A stretch of 64,000 nucleotides of DNA from the NCBI RefSeq assembly GCF_963921235.1, contig NC_086098.1, positions 121,272,001 through 121,336,000 on the forward strand. Direction: 5' to 3'. Each line of letters opens with the position of its first letter. The first letter of the stretch is position 1. A program made the position numbers and the translations under genes. This DNA is from Mobula hypostoma (Eukaryota). Shown here one piece after another: positions 1-14,054 of this stretch. The notes beneath the pieces were generated by a model. It did not search any database. It saw only the letters and a program-made list of their open reading frames with translations, and had not been told where the DNA came from.

Positions 1-2439
1 GAGCCAAGTAGGATAACTCGGCTGCTAGTTTAAGGTGGGTGCTACTGACTCATGGCCACCATGCTCAGTGCATCCCAAATGTTGTTGCCTTTTTAGTAGT
101 TGTGGGCCCATGGCTTCCCAAATTATTGTGAATGTGGCATCTTTTTTTAACAAGGAGTCTTTGAGAATGACCTTTACTTCCTCTCTCTGCCTGGTGATCT
201 TTTGTGGCAGATTTCTCTTACATAAATTTTATAAGAGTACTTAGAAATACAAAAAGATCTGTTTTAGTGCAAGGTGGTTAAAGGGGTTACAGTGTTACTA
301 GATTGTAGTGAATATGGTTTTATTGATTGTCAAATGGTCTGTCATGTTCCATTGAGGAGATGATGTACCAGACTATGACAGCAACCAGTCACGATGCTTT
401 CAACGGCACATCTGTATAGGTTTGTTAAAGTGTTCGGTGACAAGCGGAATCTCCAAATAAAGTAAATGCATTTTAAACTGCCTTTAAAGCTTAATGCATT
501 TTCTTTGCATAGATATACCAATTCTTCAAATCTACATTCATTTCTTTGAGCACATGCTATTCTTGTACAACTCAAAATAAAGCTGCTTCTTGCACTCAGG
601 ATCCATGGGTGCAATGCATTTGTCTCTAGCTATTATTATTTCCTTTAGATGAAGTATTGTTATAGAAAGTAAAATACATCAAACATAAAAGGAATGAAGG
701 GAAGTCAAATTTCATGCGGAAATGTGGTTTTCTACAAGTTGACTGGAAAAAGTTGCTTGGAAGTATGTCTGCATTGGAGCAGTGGAAGAAGTTCATATCT
801 GCATCTTCCATGACATTGAATGTACTGACTAGGGTAATCATTGTATAGGAATTTGGTACTGGTAAATATACAAAGGAAGAAACTATGAAAGAGTTGGTGG
901 TTAAAGGACGTGAAAATATTGTGAAGTAGAATTAAATGGCATGAGGATAAACAGGAGTGGGTCTTGGAAATCAAAGTTAATTTGGAGGTTTAAAATGCAT
1001 ATAGCATTACAAAGTTGAAGGAAAGGGTGTCAAATGCAGCCAGAAGAGAAAGGGAAAAAAATGCATGATATTAACCATTAAGTGGAGTAGTTTATTTTAA
1101 TAACGAGTGATACTTTTGTCTGACATAAATATTTAGATAAGTTGAGAAAGAAAGTGGCACTGCACATGTTGGTAGTAGTTTGGAAAACTTTGCAATTTTC
1201 CAATTCAGAGGAATAACAAATAGAAGCAAGAATAGCCCTTTGTGATCTTGAGACTATGAAGGTTATGGCTAATCGTCCAAGTTGACACCATTTTCCATCA
1301 CTGTCCTCATGTTTCTTGATATCAAGAAACCTATAGACTTCTGTTTACAATGAACTCCATGACTGAGACTTCACAGTCCCTCATGATGGAGAATTGAGGG
1401 TTTACCTCTTGCTAAGTGAAAATTTTAACTTCCAATCTAAATGGCCTACCCCTTATTTTCACACTGTGCACCCTGATGCTAGAATTGGTCTGGGGGGGGG
1501 TTGGTTTTGGTTTATTGTGATTAGCACTTGTACCTAGATACAGAGACAATCTTTGTTTGAATGCCATCCAAGGCAGATTTTGCCATACATAATTACATAG
1601 AGGTAATAGAAGAAAAATATACACAATGTTGCAACTACAGAGAATATGCATTATAAGAAGAACAAAGTGCAAGAGCCAGGGCAAGGTAAATTAGAAAATC
1701 AAGGATTCACCCTTGATGTGTGAGAGGAGGGAATGTTTTTTTAGTCTTTCCTCCCCTACAAACTTTTGTATCTTTGGATTGACTTGAGAGGGGAGAAGAG
1801 AGAATGACCAGGATGGGCGGGATCCTTGATTATCTTGGATGTTCTCCTAAAGCAGCGGGGAAATGACAAATCTGGTTTATGTGATGGACATCTGGTTTAC
1901 AGACACACATCTCTAGTTTCTTGTGGTTTAGGGCAGAGCTGTTGCCTTACTAAACTCTGATGCATTTGGACAATCAGGACCTTTAATGGTTTGAAATTTT
2001 CAAGCAGCTGTCTTCATTCTTCTAAACTTAGTGCCAATAGTTGTCAGTGTGGCCTGATACCTGTTTAAGGCTGGAGCTGGGTGACAGTGATATCCTTGGG
2101 ATCAGTGTGTGAATGACTGCTTTCTTTGATGTACAGTATACCATTGACCTAGATATGGGACTACAGGGTTAATGGGGAAATTAATGGAAAATGAGAAACA
2201 TATTTTGGTGGATAATTCAGGGAGACAATGTAGACTTAAAAGGATAGCTCTCTAATGGAAGAATAGACCTAGGTATATGGTAAATAAATTTTTGGAGATA
2301 TTGCTATTTGACTAGGATAGTCAGATTCTGTACTTTAAATTGCATGCCTGATGACAGTGCGTGTTCAAATGAATTTCTCCACTGGTTGTGTTCTGAAACG
2401 AATTATTTCCTTTCGTGTTTATTACCTTGAAAGCTAATT

Positions 2440-2605
2440 TGACACTTAGTTCCGAAAGAACGCACCGCTAAACAGGGTGAGAGGGAAGACAGAGCTTCCC
2501 GCGCTCTGTGAGGGGCAGAATTCCTGGCATTCTTTTTCTTTTTGTCAGACGCCATTTTAAGTTTCTCTTTCACCAAGCGAGGTGCGCACTCCGCTGAATG
2601 TTAAA
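2440..2605 (+). promoter_or_regulatory. Residual CpG-rich promoter/5'UTR of CIRBP-like copy 1
   Basis: CpG enrichment in an otherwise CpG-poor background; TTCCCGCG (E2F-like) near 2496; pyrimidine tract then CGCCATTTT (YY1-type) at 2550-2558. Confidence 0.4.
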
Positions 2606-2985
2606 ATGTCGACCGAGGGGAAATTATTTATCGGCGGTGGAATTGGCCGGGTCACTTATTCAAATACGAGCAAATCACGCTGTGTGATATATTAAGAAAT
2701 CAGAGACCGTAACGTCGCGAGTTGTTTTTTTTTGTAAATTTCGACAACCCAAAAGCACTAATTGCAGGCCATAAGCAGCAGGTCTACCGACAACCGTCAG
2801 TCAGATCTGGTGGATCAAACCGAGAGGCGGGGGGGGGGGGGGAGTTGGCAGAAACCGAGGTGGGGTCGTGATTACTGGGAAAATGAAAGGAGCGGCTTTG
2901 GTGGTAGAGGCTAGTACGGCGAGGCGAGGCGAGGTCGAAGGTGATGGCTATTGAATGAGCCACGGCGGTACGAAGAACAATAACT
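2606..2985 (+). pseudogene. Decayed intron-less CIRBP/RBM3-like copy (copy 1)
   Basis: ATG at 2606 reads [11 protein letters not shown] (RNP2). Frameshifted blocks KYEQI, IKKSETVTSR, FVNFDNPKA, LQAISSRSTDNRQ, VDQTER are colinear with the intact copies ([41 protein letters not shown]), followed by a G/R-rich remnant. Deletions, frameshifts and stops; locally CpG-rich. Confidence 0.85.
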
Positions 2986-5104
2986 CAGTCCGATGGAGCC
3001 GTCTTCCTGCCGCCGCTGTGAATTAGTTGATTTGCGTGTTACGTTAAAAATGCTAGAAACCCAGTTTGACCATTGTCATGATTAATTTTGTTAACTGTTG
3101 TTTGTCCTGGGGTCTTCCTTAAATTGAACTTTTGACTTTGAACCTCGCTTATCACATGGTTTTCTGTGATAATTAAAAAATCCGACCCACTAAGCCTCTG
3201 TCATTGGGACAGTGTGTTCGCTATTTTAAATTGCCCTTCTCTTCTTACATGACCTCCTTTTGGAATTGTCAAAATCGTTTTGCTTTCTGGGGAGCTTTTT
3301 CCACAATTTCTTGTAGCGCAATGAAGGCAATCAGGCCGAGAAATATTATAAGTTCCATTTCCTGACAATTTAATAATTGCTCTTCTTAAGATAACTGGTC
3401 CTGGAATATGGATCTTCGAGTTACTTTTGATCGATTGACCGATTTTCTTGATTTAATTGTTTGATCATGAAGATTGAACACTTTTTTAAAAAAAACCCTC
3501 AAAACATTTCGCACACTAACGTTTTCATGAATATGCGGACATGTTACTGGTCCAAATGAAGGTAGTAACATAGAACCTGTAGAAACCATTCATTTGAGCG
3601 GGAAACTTTTTCTGTATGTTGCCCAAAATATACCCAAGTACTAAGTCACTTGTCACTAAAACATACTGAGAAAATCGTAACTCATACAGCTTATCACTAG
3701 CCTCTTGGAAAGTAAACAGATTCTGGTCTGTTATGTTGGAACATTTATTGAACATTGATTTACTGGCATGATCCAAATTGCCACTTGAGAGACCAGGTTT
3801 TTTTTGCCAGTGGATGTTATTGAAATAAAATAGCTTCAGGTATTCTAATGACTTCTTTCTGATAAACCATTCAAATTCACTTGGAAGAGGTAAATCTGAA
3901 GATTATCTTTTCTTGCTAAACATGTCTTCTATCATATTTATTTCCTTTTATGAGTATTTAGTGCTGAAGATTTGAAGGTTATGTTCAACAAAACAATCGA
4001 GATAAAGACATAAGGGAAAAGATTAAATATGAGGACAGAAAAGCCAATAATAAAAAGCAGGATACTAAAAATTATTTTCAATGAAATAAAGAGTAAAAGG
4101 GAGGTGAGGGTTGATATTGGACCACTGGGGACGAAGAAATGACAGATGAACTTAATGGCTACTTTGCATCTTTAATTTCTTCCCCTTTCTGATGTTTGGA
4201 CTGAACAACAACTGAACCTTTTAACCATGTCTGCATGCTTTTTTGCATTGAATTGCTGCCACGTTTTTGGCCAATTGGTTATTTGCATTAACAAAGTGGA
4301 CTCTGAGAACAGAATTATGAATTTCACCTGTTCACGTGGTGCTTTATTTTTCACTAAAAAAAGTTTTATTAGTTGTTGATTGATCTTTTAAACTGTTCCC
4401 TTTATTGACAAGATTGTAACAAATAGTCAGCTTTCTGATAGACACTTCCCTCAACTACTGAGTTCCAGTTGAGAACACCTTGAAATTGCACCTCCAAGCA
4501 GGTGCTGGTTGCTTCTCTATCCATAATTAGCTCTTGTCTCTCAGCTTGGTGAGGCCTTGGGTGCTTGGACCATTTATAGTCTTCATAGCTCTGAAGATTC
4601 GTCATGTCATGGTTAGTGGCTGGTTGCTGGATTTCCTGTGTTTATCCTATCCACTGTCTCAAGGCAGGCAACACCTGTGGGAAGAGAAACAGAGTTAACA
4701 TTCAGGTCAATTACCTTTCATCAAAACTGTTAGCAGTTAGAAAGTTGTAGAGCAATGGAGTGGAGCAGAGAGAACAATGGTGAGGTTTACAGTAGGCCGG
4801 AGACAAAGAAGTTGAACAATAGAGGCGATGATGATATTAGATAAAAGAGGATGGTGAAGGCTGGTGAATATCAAAGGTCATATCTAGAATAGGTATAAGT
4901 AGAAGATGAGTGAAATATGAAATTATGAGTGGTAAGACTGAATGCTGGAAATGTGAGACAAGACTTAAAAAGGATGGGTTATCTGAAATAGTTGAATTCA
5001 GTATTTTGTCCAGAATGTTGTAATGTGCCAAGTTGGATGAGATGTTGTTTATTAAGCTTTTGTTATTTATTGAAAAGACGAGATCAAAAACAGTGGTCAA
5101 GAGT

Positions 5105-7385
5105 GGAATAGAGCAATACAGCGTGGAACCAACCGCTTTAGACCAAGTCATCCATGACAATTAAGATGTCCATCTAAACAAGTCCCATTTGCCGCATTTG
5201 ACCCATATCACTCTAAATAACTCTACACCTTTTCTATCCAAATATGTTCCAAATGTTTTAAGTGTTGTTATTGTACCTGCCCCAACCTCATTTCCTGGTA
5301 GCTCATGCCCTCTGAATGAGGAAGTTTCCCCTCAGATCCTTTTCAAATATTTCCGCTCTCGCTTTAAATCTATGCCATCCAGTTTTGGTTTTCATTCCCT
5401 TGGGAAAAAGCTGATGTACATTTAATTTAGCCTTGCCCCTCATAATTTTATACATCTTGATAAGGTCACCCCTTATCTCCTGTGCTTCAAGGAATAAATT
5501 CTTATCATGCCTAACCTTTTTCTTAGACCATCAAGTCCTGACAACATCCATGGTAAATCCCTCCACTCTTTCCAGCTTAATTTTGGTTTTTATATAATAG
5601 GGTAATCAAAACTGTACACAGTACCCCAGTTGTTTCCTCATCAATATCTTGTACATCTGCAACATAACATCCCAATTTCTATGTCCATTGCCCTGACTGA
5701 TGAAGGTAAGCATACCAAACATATACTTCACCACCCTGTTTATCTGTGATACCACTTGTACTTGGACTCCTAGGTCCTTCTGTTCTGTAACACTCCCCAG
5801 TGAATGTCCTACCCTTATTTGTCTTCCCAAAATGAAACACATTGCACTTATCTGAATTGATTGCCTTTGCTTGACCCACTTATCTAGCTGATTAAAATCC
5901 TCCCGTATTTTTAGTCACTACCTTCACTGTTTGCAATACTACATATTTTAGTGTCATCTGCAGATTTACCAACTGTGCCTTACATTTTCACATTAAAGAG
6001 GTTTCTATAAATGATGAACAGAAATGGGTCCACCACTAATCCAAGTGGAACACCACTTATCACAGCATTCCATTCAACCTCTGCCACTGAGACTATTAAG
6101 TATCTGCTCCTTGCACATCTGGAGAAGAAGGATGCTTATGTGAGAATGCTCTTCTTGGACTACAGTTCAGCATTCCACACCATAATTCCCTCCAGGCTCA
6201 ACAAGAAGCTCGGAGACCTCAGCCTTCACCCTGCCTTGTGTAGCTGGATCCTGGATCTCCTGTCAGATTGCCAGCAGATGATAAGAGTGGGCTCCCTCAC
6301 TTCTGCCCCTCAGACCCTCAACACTGGAGCCCCCCCCCGTTTTGTGTCCTAAACCCTCTCTTTTACTCTCTGTATACCCATGATTGTGTCACCACCCACA
6401 GCTCCAATCTGCTAATTAAATTTGCTGACAACATTACACTGATTGGCCTAATCGCAAATAATAATGAGGCAGCTGACAGAGAAGGAGTCAAGAAAACAAC
6501 CTCTCCCTCAATGGCACAAAAACAAAGGAGCTGGTTGTGAACTACAGGAGGAATGGAGACAGGCTAGCTCCTATTGACATCAATGGATCTGGGGTTGAGA
6601 AGGTGAATAGCTTTAAGTTCCTCGGCGTCCATATCACTGAGGATCTTAAGTGGTCTGTACATACCGGCTGTGTGGTGAAAAAGGCACAGCAGCACCTCTT
6701 TCACCTCAGACAGTTGAGGAAGTTTGGTATGGGCCCCCAAATCCTAACAACTTTCTACAGGGGAACACCCTGATTGGCTGCATCACTGCCTGGTATGGGA
6801 ACTGTACTTCCCTCAATCGCAGAACTCTGCAGAGAGTGGTGCAGACAGCTTAGTGCATCTGTAGATGTGAACTTCTCACTGTTTAGGACATTTGCAAAGA
6901 GAGGTGTGTAAAAGGGCCTGAAAGATCATCAGAGACCCGAATCACCCCAACCACAAACTGTTCCAGCTGCTACCATCTGGGAAACGGTACTGCAGCATAA
7001 AAGCCAGGACCAACAGGCTCCGGGACAGCTTCTTCCACCAGGCCATCAGACTGATTAATTCACGCTGATACAATTGTATTTCTATGGTATAATGACTGTT
7101 CTGGTGTATATGCTATTTATAATAAATTGCACATTGCACATTTAGATGGAGATGTAACGTAAAGATTTTACTCCTCGTGTATGAAGGATGTAGGTAATAA
7201 AGTCAATTCAATTCAAGCAGTTATGTATCCACTAGTGCTAGCTCTTCCTGAAATCCATGTGATCTAACATTCCCGGTTAGCCTTCCATGTGGGACCTTGC
7301 CACAGGCCTTGCTGAAGTCCACTTAAACAATGACCATCTTGTTGCCCTCATAAATTCACTTGGTTACTTTTTCAGAAAACCACCT
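5105..7385 (-). mobile_element. Old CR1 LINE 3' fragment, interrupted by a Rex1-like insertion
   Basis: Minus-strand ORFs 5606-5842 and 5679-5879 give CR1 RT C-terminal motifs (KCNVFHFG, DLGVQV, YCVQF). The CR1 sequence resumes at about 7215-7385 after the insert. Confidence 0.7.
6095..7216 (+). mobile_element. Rex1/Babar-like LINE 3' fragment
   Basis: HLEKKDAYVRMLFLDYSSAF, LYTHDCV..KFADN, FKFLGVHITEDLKWS, GCITAWYGNC motifs; ends in AATAAAG followed by (TCAAT)n tail. Confidence 0.8.
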
Positions 7386-9484
7386 ACACTTGTACTAATC
7401 ACCACCGCCTAAACCTGACGTAAGCCATCGTTTTCTTAGCCAGAGCCTCAATATCTCTTATCCTTGCCCTTGTTAGGTTGAACGGCAAGGGCAATCCCAG
7501 CCCTGCTCTTTACCCTGACAGGAACATGCTGTTCATGATGTCTTGAAATCATAGTTTTAAATGCTTCTGATTTGCCAGGCATTTGTTTACTTGGAATTGT
7601 TTCATCCAACTGATCTCTACAGGTTCCTGTTTTTTAAAAATTCTCCAAAATTTCCCCTTCCCCAATTTAAGACCGTAACTTGTAGATTTACCATTCTCTT
7701 TATTTTTTTTAACTAATAGAATTAAAGTCACTGGTACCAATAAACTCCACAGCTGAAACTTCAACATTACCTCTAAGTGGAGGTCTAGTTTTGTGCCCTG
7801 TCTAGTAGGGCCATCTGTTTACTGATTAAGAAAGTTTTCTTTTACTCAAAATGTATAACAAATTTGATTTTGTCTAAGCCCTTTGCACTATGGGTGACCA
7901 AATTGATATTAGGGGAGTTAAGTAACCCCCTAATTTGCCCTGTTATTCTTACAGCAATCTGCAATCCGTTTTCACATCTGATTTAATTCCCACTGACTGT
8001 TTGAGAGCCTATAATACAGTCCCATCTAAGTGATAATCTCTTTCTCGTTTCTGTGTTCTACCCATATAGCCTGGCAGGACGATCCCCCAAGGATGGAGAA
8101 TTCAAGTGACTTGGAGACTGAACATCTTACAGGATCTCATTTCAGATTTCTAATGTTGTTACTTTGGTTTTGTGGCAGTGACTTAAACCTAACTGGAAGT
8201 TTTAAAACAGCATGAGAAACAATTGTTCTGTAACTCAATTATTTTCTCCACAGTTGTGGTCTAACCTACCTAGACTAGTTTGACAGGGAGATGAAAAGCT
8301 GAGTGAATATTCAGAGCGAAAGAAGCAAAGTGGAAATGATGCAAAAATAATAAGATAATTTGGAGAGCAGAACATAAGTCTATACTAGACAGTAAATATG
8401 TATGTAATTGCAACAATAATAGTGTATAAGGTGAAATGATATGATAAACTGCAGCTATTATGGAAGCTTGATTTAGAGGGTAGAAATGGTACTTCAACAT
8501 TCCTGGTTACAGTTTTCAAATAGAGGGGGATAAAGGAAGGTTGTGTTATAACTGTTGGGTTCACGAATTAATAACAGCAATGAGAGTGAATTTGTGAAAA
8601 ATATGACTGAAAGAAGAAACAGAATGTCAATCAAAGGGAGTGGACAATAAATATCTGAAAACAGCTAAGGAAATTAAAGCATAGATTTATGGGCAAATTT
8701 CTGATAAATGACAGAACATGGCAGTAATACCAAGGGATTAAAATTATCCAATTATTATCTAGAATACAATCAGGAGACATAGAATTGTTATAGTCAGCAT
8801 GTAGCAAACTCAACAAGAGAGGAAGCAGCTCTAGTATTTGAACTGAATATGTGCACAGACTAACTACCTGAAAAATTCCCTCATCTCTGCTTCGAATCCC
8901 TTATTTTCAAAAGTGCGACCCTCCAGCTCTATATTCTCCTTCAATGGAAAACATTTTCTCCACATCCACCAGGATCTTCTTTGTTCAACCAAGTCACTCT
9001 TGCCCTTCAAAACACCATTAAGCTGCTTTCAATGCATTAACATAAATAAGGAATCAAATAATTGACTCTGGAATTCAGATCCCTCTGAAGGTGGGCAGTT
9101 GGAAGGAATATCAGTGAAAGAGGACTTTTGTTGTAGTATAACAGTAATTAGATTATAAATTTTATTTAGTAGAAAAACAAAGTATGGGAAATACAGAAAG
9201 TTGGGCAGTATCCGTGAAGAGGGAAGTAACATTAACAGCATTAATAAAGACTTAAAAATCAGGACTATGCCATTTGGCCCTTGAACCTACTGTACCAAAT
9301 CAGTCAGATTTATTGTTATATGTTTAAATACATGTATGTACAGGTGTATGAAAAACTTATTTGCAGCAGTATCATGGGCATATAGCATGAAATACACAAC
9401 ACTCCCAAGAAAAAAAAACGTTTGAATTGCTGTATCAGACTCTGATGCATTGAGACAGGATACTTCATAGATACATGTGTAGGT

Positions 9485-11421
9485 TGGCTCACCTGAGGAC
9501 TGGGAGAAATTCAGAGTTCAGCAGAGGAGGACAAAGGGCTTAATTAGGAAGGGGAAAAAAGATTATGAGAGAAAACTGGCAGGGAATATAAAAACTGACT
9601 GTAAAAGCTTTTATAGATATGTAAAAAGGAAAAGACTGGTAAAGACAAATGTAGGTCCCCTACAGACAGAAACAGGTGAATTGATTATGGGGAGCAAGGA
9701 CATGGCAGACCAATTGAATAATTACTTTGGTTCTGTCTTCACTAAGGAGGACATAAATAATCTTCCAGAAATGGTAGGGGACAAAGGGTCTAGTGAGATG
9801 GAGGAACTGAGCGAAATACATGTTAGTAGGGAAGTGGTGTTAGGTAAATTGAAAGGATTAAAGGCAGATAAATCCCCAGGGCCAGATGGTCTGCATCCCA
9901 GAGTGCTTAAGGAAGTAGCCCAAGAAATAGTAGATGCATTAGTGATAATTTTTCAAAACTCGTTAGATTCTGGACTAGTTCCTAAGGATTGGAGGGTGGC
10001 TAATGTAACCCCACTTTTTAAAAAGGGAGGGAGAGAGAAACCAGTGGGGAAACTGGTGGAGTCAGTTATCAAAGATGTGATAACAGCACATTTGGAAAGC
10101 GGTGAAATCATCGGACAAAGTCAGCATGGATTTGTGAAAGGAAAATCATGTCTGACGAATCTCATATAATTTTTTGAGGATGTAACTAGTAGAGTGGATA
10201 GGGGAGAACCAGTGGATGTGGTATATTTGGATTTTCAAAAGGCTTTTGACAAGGTCCCACACAGGAGATTAGTGTGCAAACTTAAAGCACATGGTATTGG
10301 GGGTAAGGTATTGATATGGATAGGGAATTGGTTAGCAGACAGGAAGCAAAGAGTGGGAATAAATGGGACCTTTTCAGAATGGCAGGCGGTGACTAGTGGG
10401 GTACTGCAAGGCTCAGTGCTGGGACCCCAGTTGTTTACAATATATATTAATGACTTTGGATGAGGGAATTAAATGCAGCATCTCCAAGTTTGCGGATGAC
10501 ACGAAGCTGGGCGGCAGTGTTAGCTGTGAGGAGGATGCTAAGAGGATGTAGGGTGACTTGGATAGGTTGGGTGAGTGGGCAAATTCATGGCAGATGCAAT
10601 TTAATGTGGATAAATGTGAAGTTATCCACTTTGGTGGCAAAAATAGGAAGACAGATTATTATCTGAATGGTGGCCGATTAGGAAAAGGGGAGGTGCAACG
10701 AGACCTGGGTGTCATTATACACCAGTCATTGAAAGTGGGCATGCAGGTACAGCAGGTGGTGAAAAAGGTGAATGGTATGCTGGCATTTATAGCGAGAGGA
10801 TTCAAGTACAGGAGCAGGGAGGTACTACTGCAGTTGTACAAGGCCTTGGTGAGACCACACCTGGAGTATTGTGTGCAGTTTTGGTCCCCTAATCTGAGGA
10901 AAGACATCCTTGCCATAGAGGGAGTACAAAGAAGGTTCACCAGATTGATTCCTGGGATGGCAGGACTTTCATATGAAGAAAGACTGGATGAACTAGGCTT
11001 GTACTTGTTGGAATTTAGAAGATTGAGGGGGGATCTGATTGAAACGTATAGAATCCTAAAGGGATTGGACAGGCTAGATGCAGGAAGATTGTTCCCGATG
11101 TTGGGGAAGTCCAGAATGAGAGGTCACAGTTTGAGGATAAGGGGGAAGCCTTTTAGGACTGAGATTAGGAAAAACTTCTTCACACAGAGAGTAGTGAATC
11201 TGTGGAATTCTCTGCCACAGGAAACAGTTGAGGCCAGTTCATTGGCTATATTTAAGAGGGAGTTAGATATGGCCCTTGTGGCTACAGGGATCAGGGGGTA
11301 TGGAGGGAAGGCTGGTGCAGGGTTCTGGGTTGGATGATCAGCCATGATCATAATAAATAGCGGTGCAGGCTCGAAGGGCCAAATGGCCTACTCCTGCACC
11401 TATTTTCTATGTTTCTATGTT
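9485..11421 (+). mobile_element. Young 5'-truncated CR1 LINE (ORF2 RT half)
   Basis: ORFs 9681-10169, 10194-10463 and 10558-11337 with KSPGPDGLHPRVLKE, YLDFQKAFDKVPH, KFADD, RPHLEYCVQFW; 3' tail TTTCTATG repeats at about 11401-11421. Inserted in an older minus-strand Rex1-like fragment. Confidence 0.92.
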
Positions 11422-11424
11422 AGA

Positions 11425-12115
11425 ATGATTGATGACATGCTGAACTTTCTTTGCCTTTTAAAAAGTAAAGATGCTGACATACCTTACTTGTGATTGCACC
11501 TCTGTGCTGCGTCTAGGAGAGGTCATCACTGTGTTAACACACCACTCAAGTCAGAGTTGCTCACACTCTCCATTGCCAATTCAGCAATGCAGATAGGCAC
11601 ACATTTTCCCACTTTTCCCTTCCTGAAGTCAATAATCAGTTCTTTAGTTTTACTAAAACTAAGCAAGAAGTTGTTGTTATTGTGGCACCTTTTAACTAGG
11701 TGCCCTATCTTGCTCCCGTACCCTGAATCATCACCACCTGTGATTTGTCCAGAAACTGTGGTGTCTTCAGCAAATTTGTATATGGCATTGGATCTCTGCT
11801 TAGTTATGCAGTCATGTCTGTATAGGGGTAGAGCAGGGAGCTAAGCACACAGTCTTGATGTGCATATGTGTTAATGGTCAGCTTGGAGGCGATGTTGTCA
11901 CCAATATTGTCACAGACTGATTAAGTCTGCCAATGAGGAAGTCGAGGATCCAGTTGTAGTGGGAGGTACAAGGCTTGATGATAAATTTGGATGGGTTGAT
12001 TTTATGTGGAATGCCAAACTGTAGTCAATGCCATATGTGTTCCATTTATCTAGATTTTCCAAAGTAGAGTAAAGAACCAGAGAAAGTAGATCTTTTATGA
12101 CCTATTGTGGCGGTA
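11425..12115 (-). mobile_element. Degraded Rex1/Babar-like LINE fragment
   Basis: Reverse complement matches the LYTHDC/YKFADDTT/DFRK region seen in other Rex1-like copies in the window. Confidence 0.6.
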
Positions 12116-12719
12116 TCAAAGCAGATACAGGTTATCTCTTGAGACCATTCAACAAGATCGGGGTTAATCTTCTACCTCCACTATTTTACAGTCCTAGTAC
12201 ATTATCCCTTAATTGACTGAAATCTATCAGTCTCTGATTAGAATATAACCAATGACTGATAATTCCCCTCTCGGTAAAGGATTCCAAGTAAAAACATAAG
12301 TTAAAAACAATCAGTAGGTGTTTGAGAAACAGAGTTGACATTTCATAAATGAAACTCTTTATCAAACCAGTTTTATTTATTCTCAGTTAAGTGAGTTTTT
12401 ATCTGCTATTTTTATTTTTGGTTATCCAACACAATTTCTACCCAATCTATTGTAAATGTTTTGTAGTTTTATGACAAAAACTATTTGAAAGTAAAGTTTG
12501 TCATATGCTCAAGTATATGTATGCACATTTGCTTTTAGCAACATCACAGGTATGTATGTATCACATACGATATTCACAAGAAAAACAAGTAATATAAAGC
12601 CAAACAAATCCGTGTCTGCTCTCAGAGCATTCTTATCTGACCCACTTTCCCACTAAATTCACTGAAAACCCTATCTCTCACATGCCCATTATCTCCCTTC
12701 TGATTCTCCAACCACTCAC

Positions 12720-12890
12720 TTGCACCAAGTGTAGCTTTACTATAGCACATCTTTAGACTCTGGGAAGAAGCTGGAGCCTATGGGAGCATGGTAACAAGGA
12801 GAACATGCAAACCACATAGACAGTACCCAAGGGCAAGATCAAATCCTGGTCACTGAAACTTTGTGGCAGTAGCGTTATCTACTGTGCCCA
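12720..12890 (-). repeat. Degraded HE1/V-type SINE
   Basis: Reverse complement of the V-domain-like segment (gcatgttctcc...ctccagcttcttcccagagtctaaagatgtgc) also seen at 20292 and 60790. Confidence 0.5.
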
Positions 12891-12944
12891 TCCCCAGTTC
12901 GTTTTAGTGAAAGTTCGGTAAGCCTGCAGGTTAATATGTATGTG

Positions 12945-13355
12945 TTAACCTCACTGGCCATCAACACTGGTGCACCCCACTGCTCTACTCTCTCTACACC
13001 CGTGACTATGTGTCTTGGCACAGCTCAAATGTCACCTATAAATTCATTGACAATACAATTTTGTTGGCAGAATTTCAGATCGTAATTAGAGGGCATACAG
13101 GAGCAAAATATATCAGCTGATTGAGTGGTGTAGTAGCAACAGCCTTGGACTCAATGTCAGTAAAAACAAAGAGTTGTCTGTGGACATCAGAAAGGATAAA
13201 ACAAGGGAACACACCAGTCCTCTCAGAAGGATCAAAAGTGGAAAGAGTGAGCAATTTCAAGTTCCTGGATGTCAATATCTAAGGCTGTATCCTGGACTCA
13301 ACATATCAATGCAGCTAGAAAGAAGGCACGACAGTGGCTAAATTTCATTAGGATA
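12945..13355 (+). mobile_element. Rex1/Babar-like LINE fragment
   Basis: ctactctctctacacccgtgact (YSLYT.D) and gagcaatttcaagttcctgg (SNFKFL) segments shared with copies at 56600 and 62960. Confidence 0.65.
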
Positions 13356-13410
13356 CCCATGTACCCATTTACCTCATGCAACTTTGTCAACTAAACAATA
13401 TTGTTCTGTA

Positions 13411-14054
13411 TGTAATGCCCTGTTCACATCTTTACTGTTACGCTGTAGGTATTTCATTTAGCAGCTCTGTAAGAGCTGCTGTTCTGCTTTCAGCCTGTTT
13501 GGGTTATTGTTGAAGATACGGAATGATGTGGAATGTGTACCATCCAATTAGTGGGAGGTTTTCTTGGTGAAGAACAATAAGGTTAGGCTCGGGGGTTTTG
13601 TTCGAGAGGAGATGAAGAGAGAAAGCGCTAGGGAGAATCAGTCATAGCATACCATTTGGTGGGAGACCCGTTTATTCAAGGTGGATTGTGAGTGACATTT
13701 GGAAGGTGATGCGTGCTTTCACGTTGACCGAGAGCCCAGTGTGTGAATGACAGAGAAGTTCAAGATGAGCTCCAACTTGTGCATATTTGATTGTTTAATT
13801 AGAATTAGCTCTTTTCTTTTTGTTATTCTTTACTAACCCTGCAGTTAAGATTCATAAATATAATTCCCTTAATCGTGTGCAGTGTACTGTCGGTTGTTTC
13901 GTGGCATTAATTTGTAACAGGTCAGCAAATGTCACAGCACCCACACAAACTGAGGTTGGTGGTGGGATCGAGTGCACCTCAATCTCACAAGTTTGGTGGG
14001 GCCAGAGCTTGTCTTCCCTAGACTTGCACAGCCAAGGAAACCAAGGTGGTTTCG
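13411..14054 (+). mobile_element. Probable solo LTR
   Basis: About 640-bp block starting TGTAAT and ending TTTCG (likely a mutated CA), flanked by a 4-bp direct repeat TGTA (13407-13410, 14055-14058); no coding capacity. Confidence 0.5.

Noticed and set aside
1-1300. Mostly unique AT-rich stretch with AATAAA motifs, possibly the 3'UTR of an upstream gene or a further CIRBP-like copy
   Set aside because: No coding evidence inside the window.
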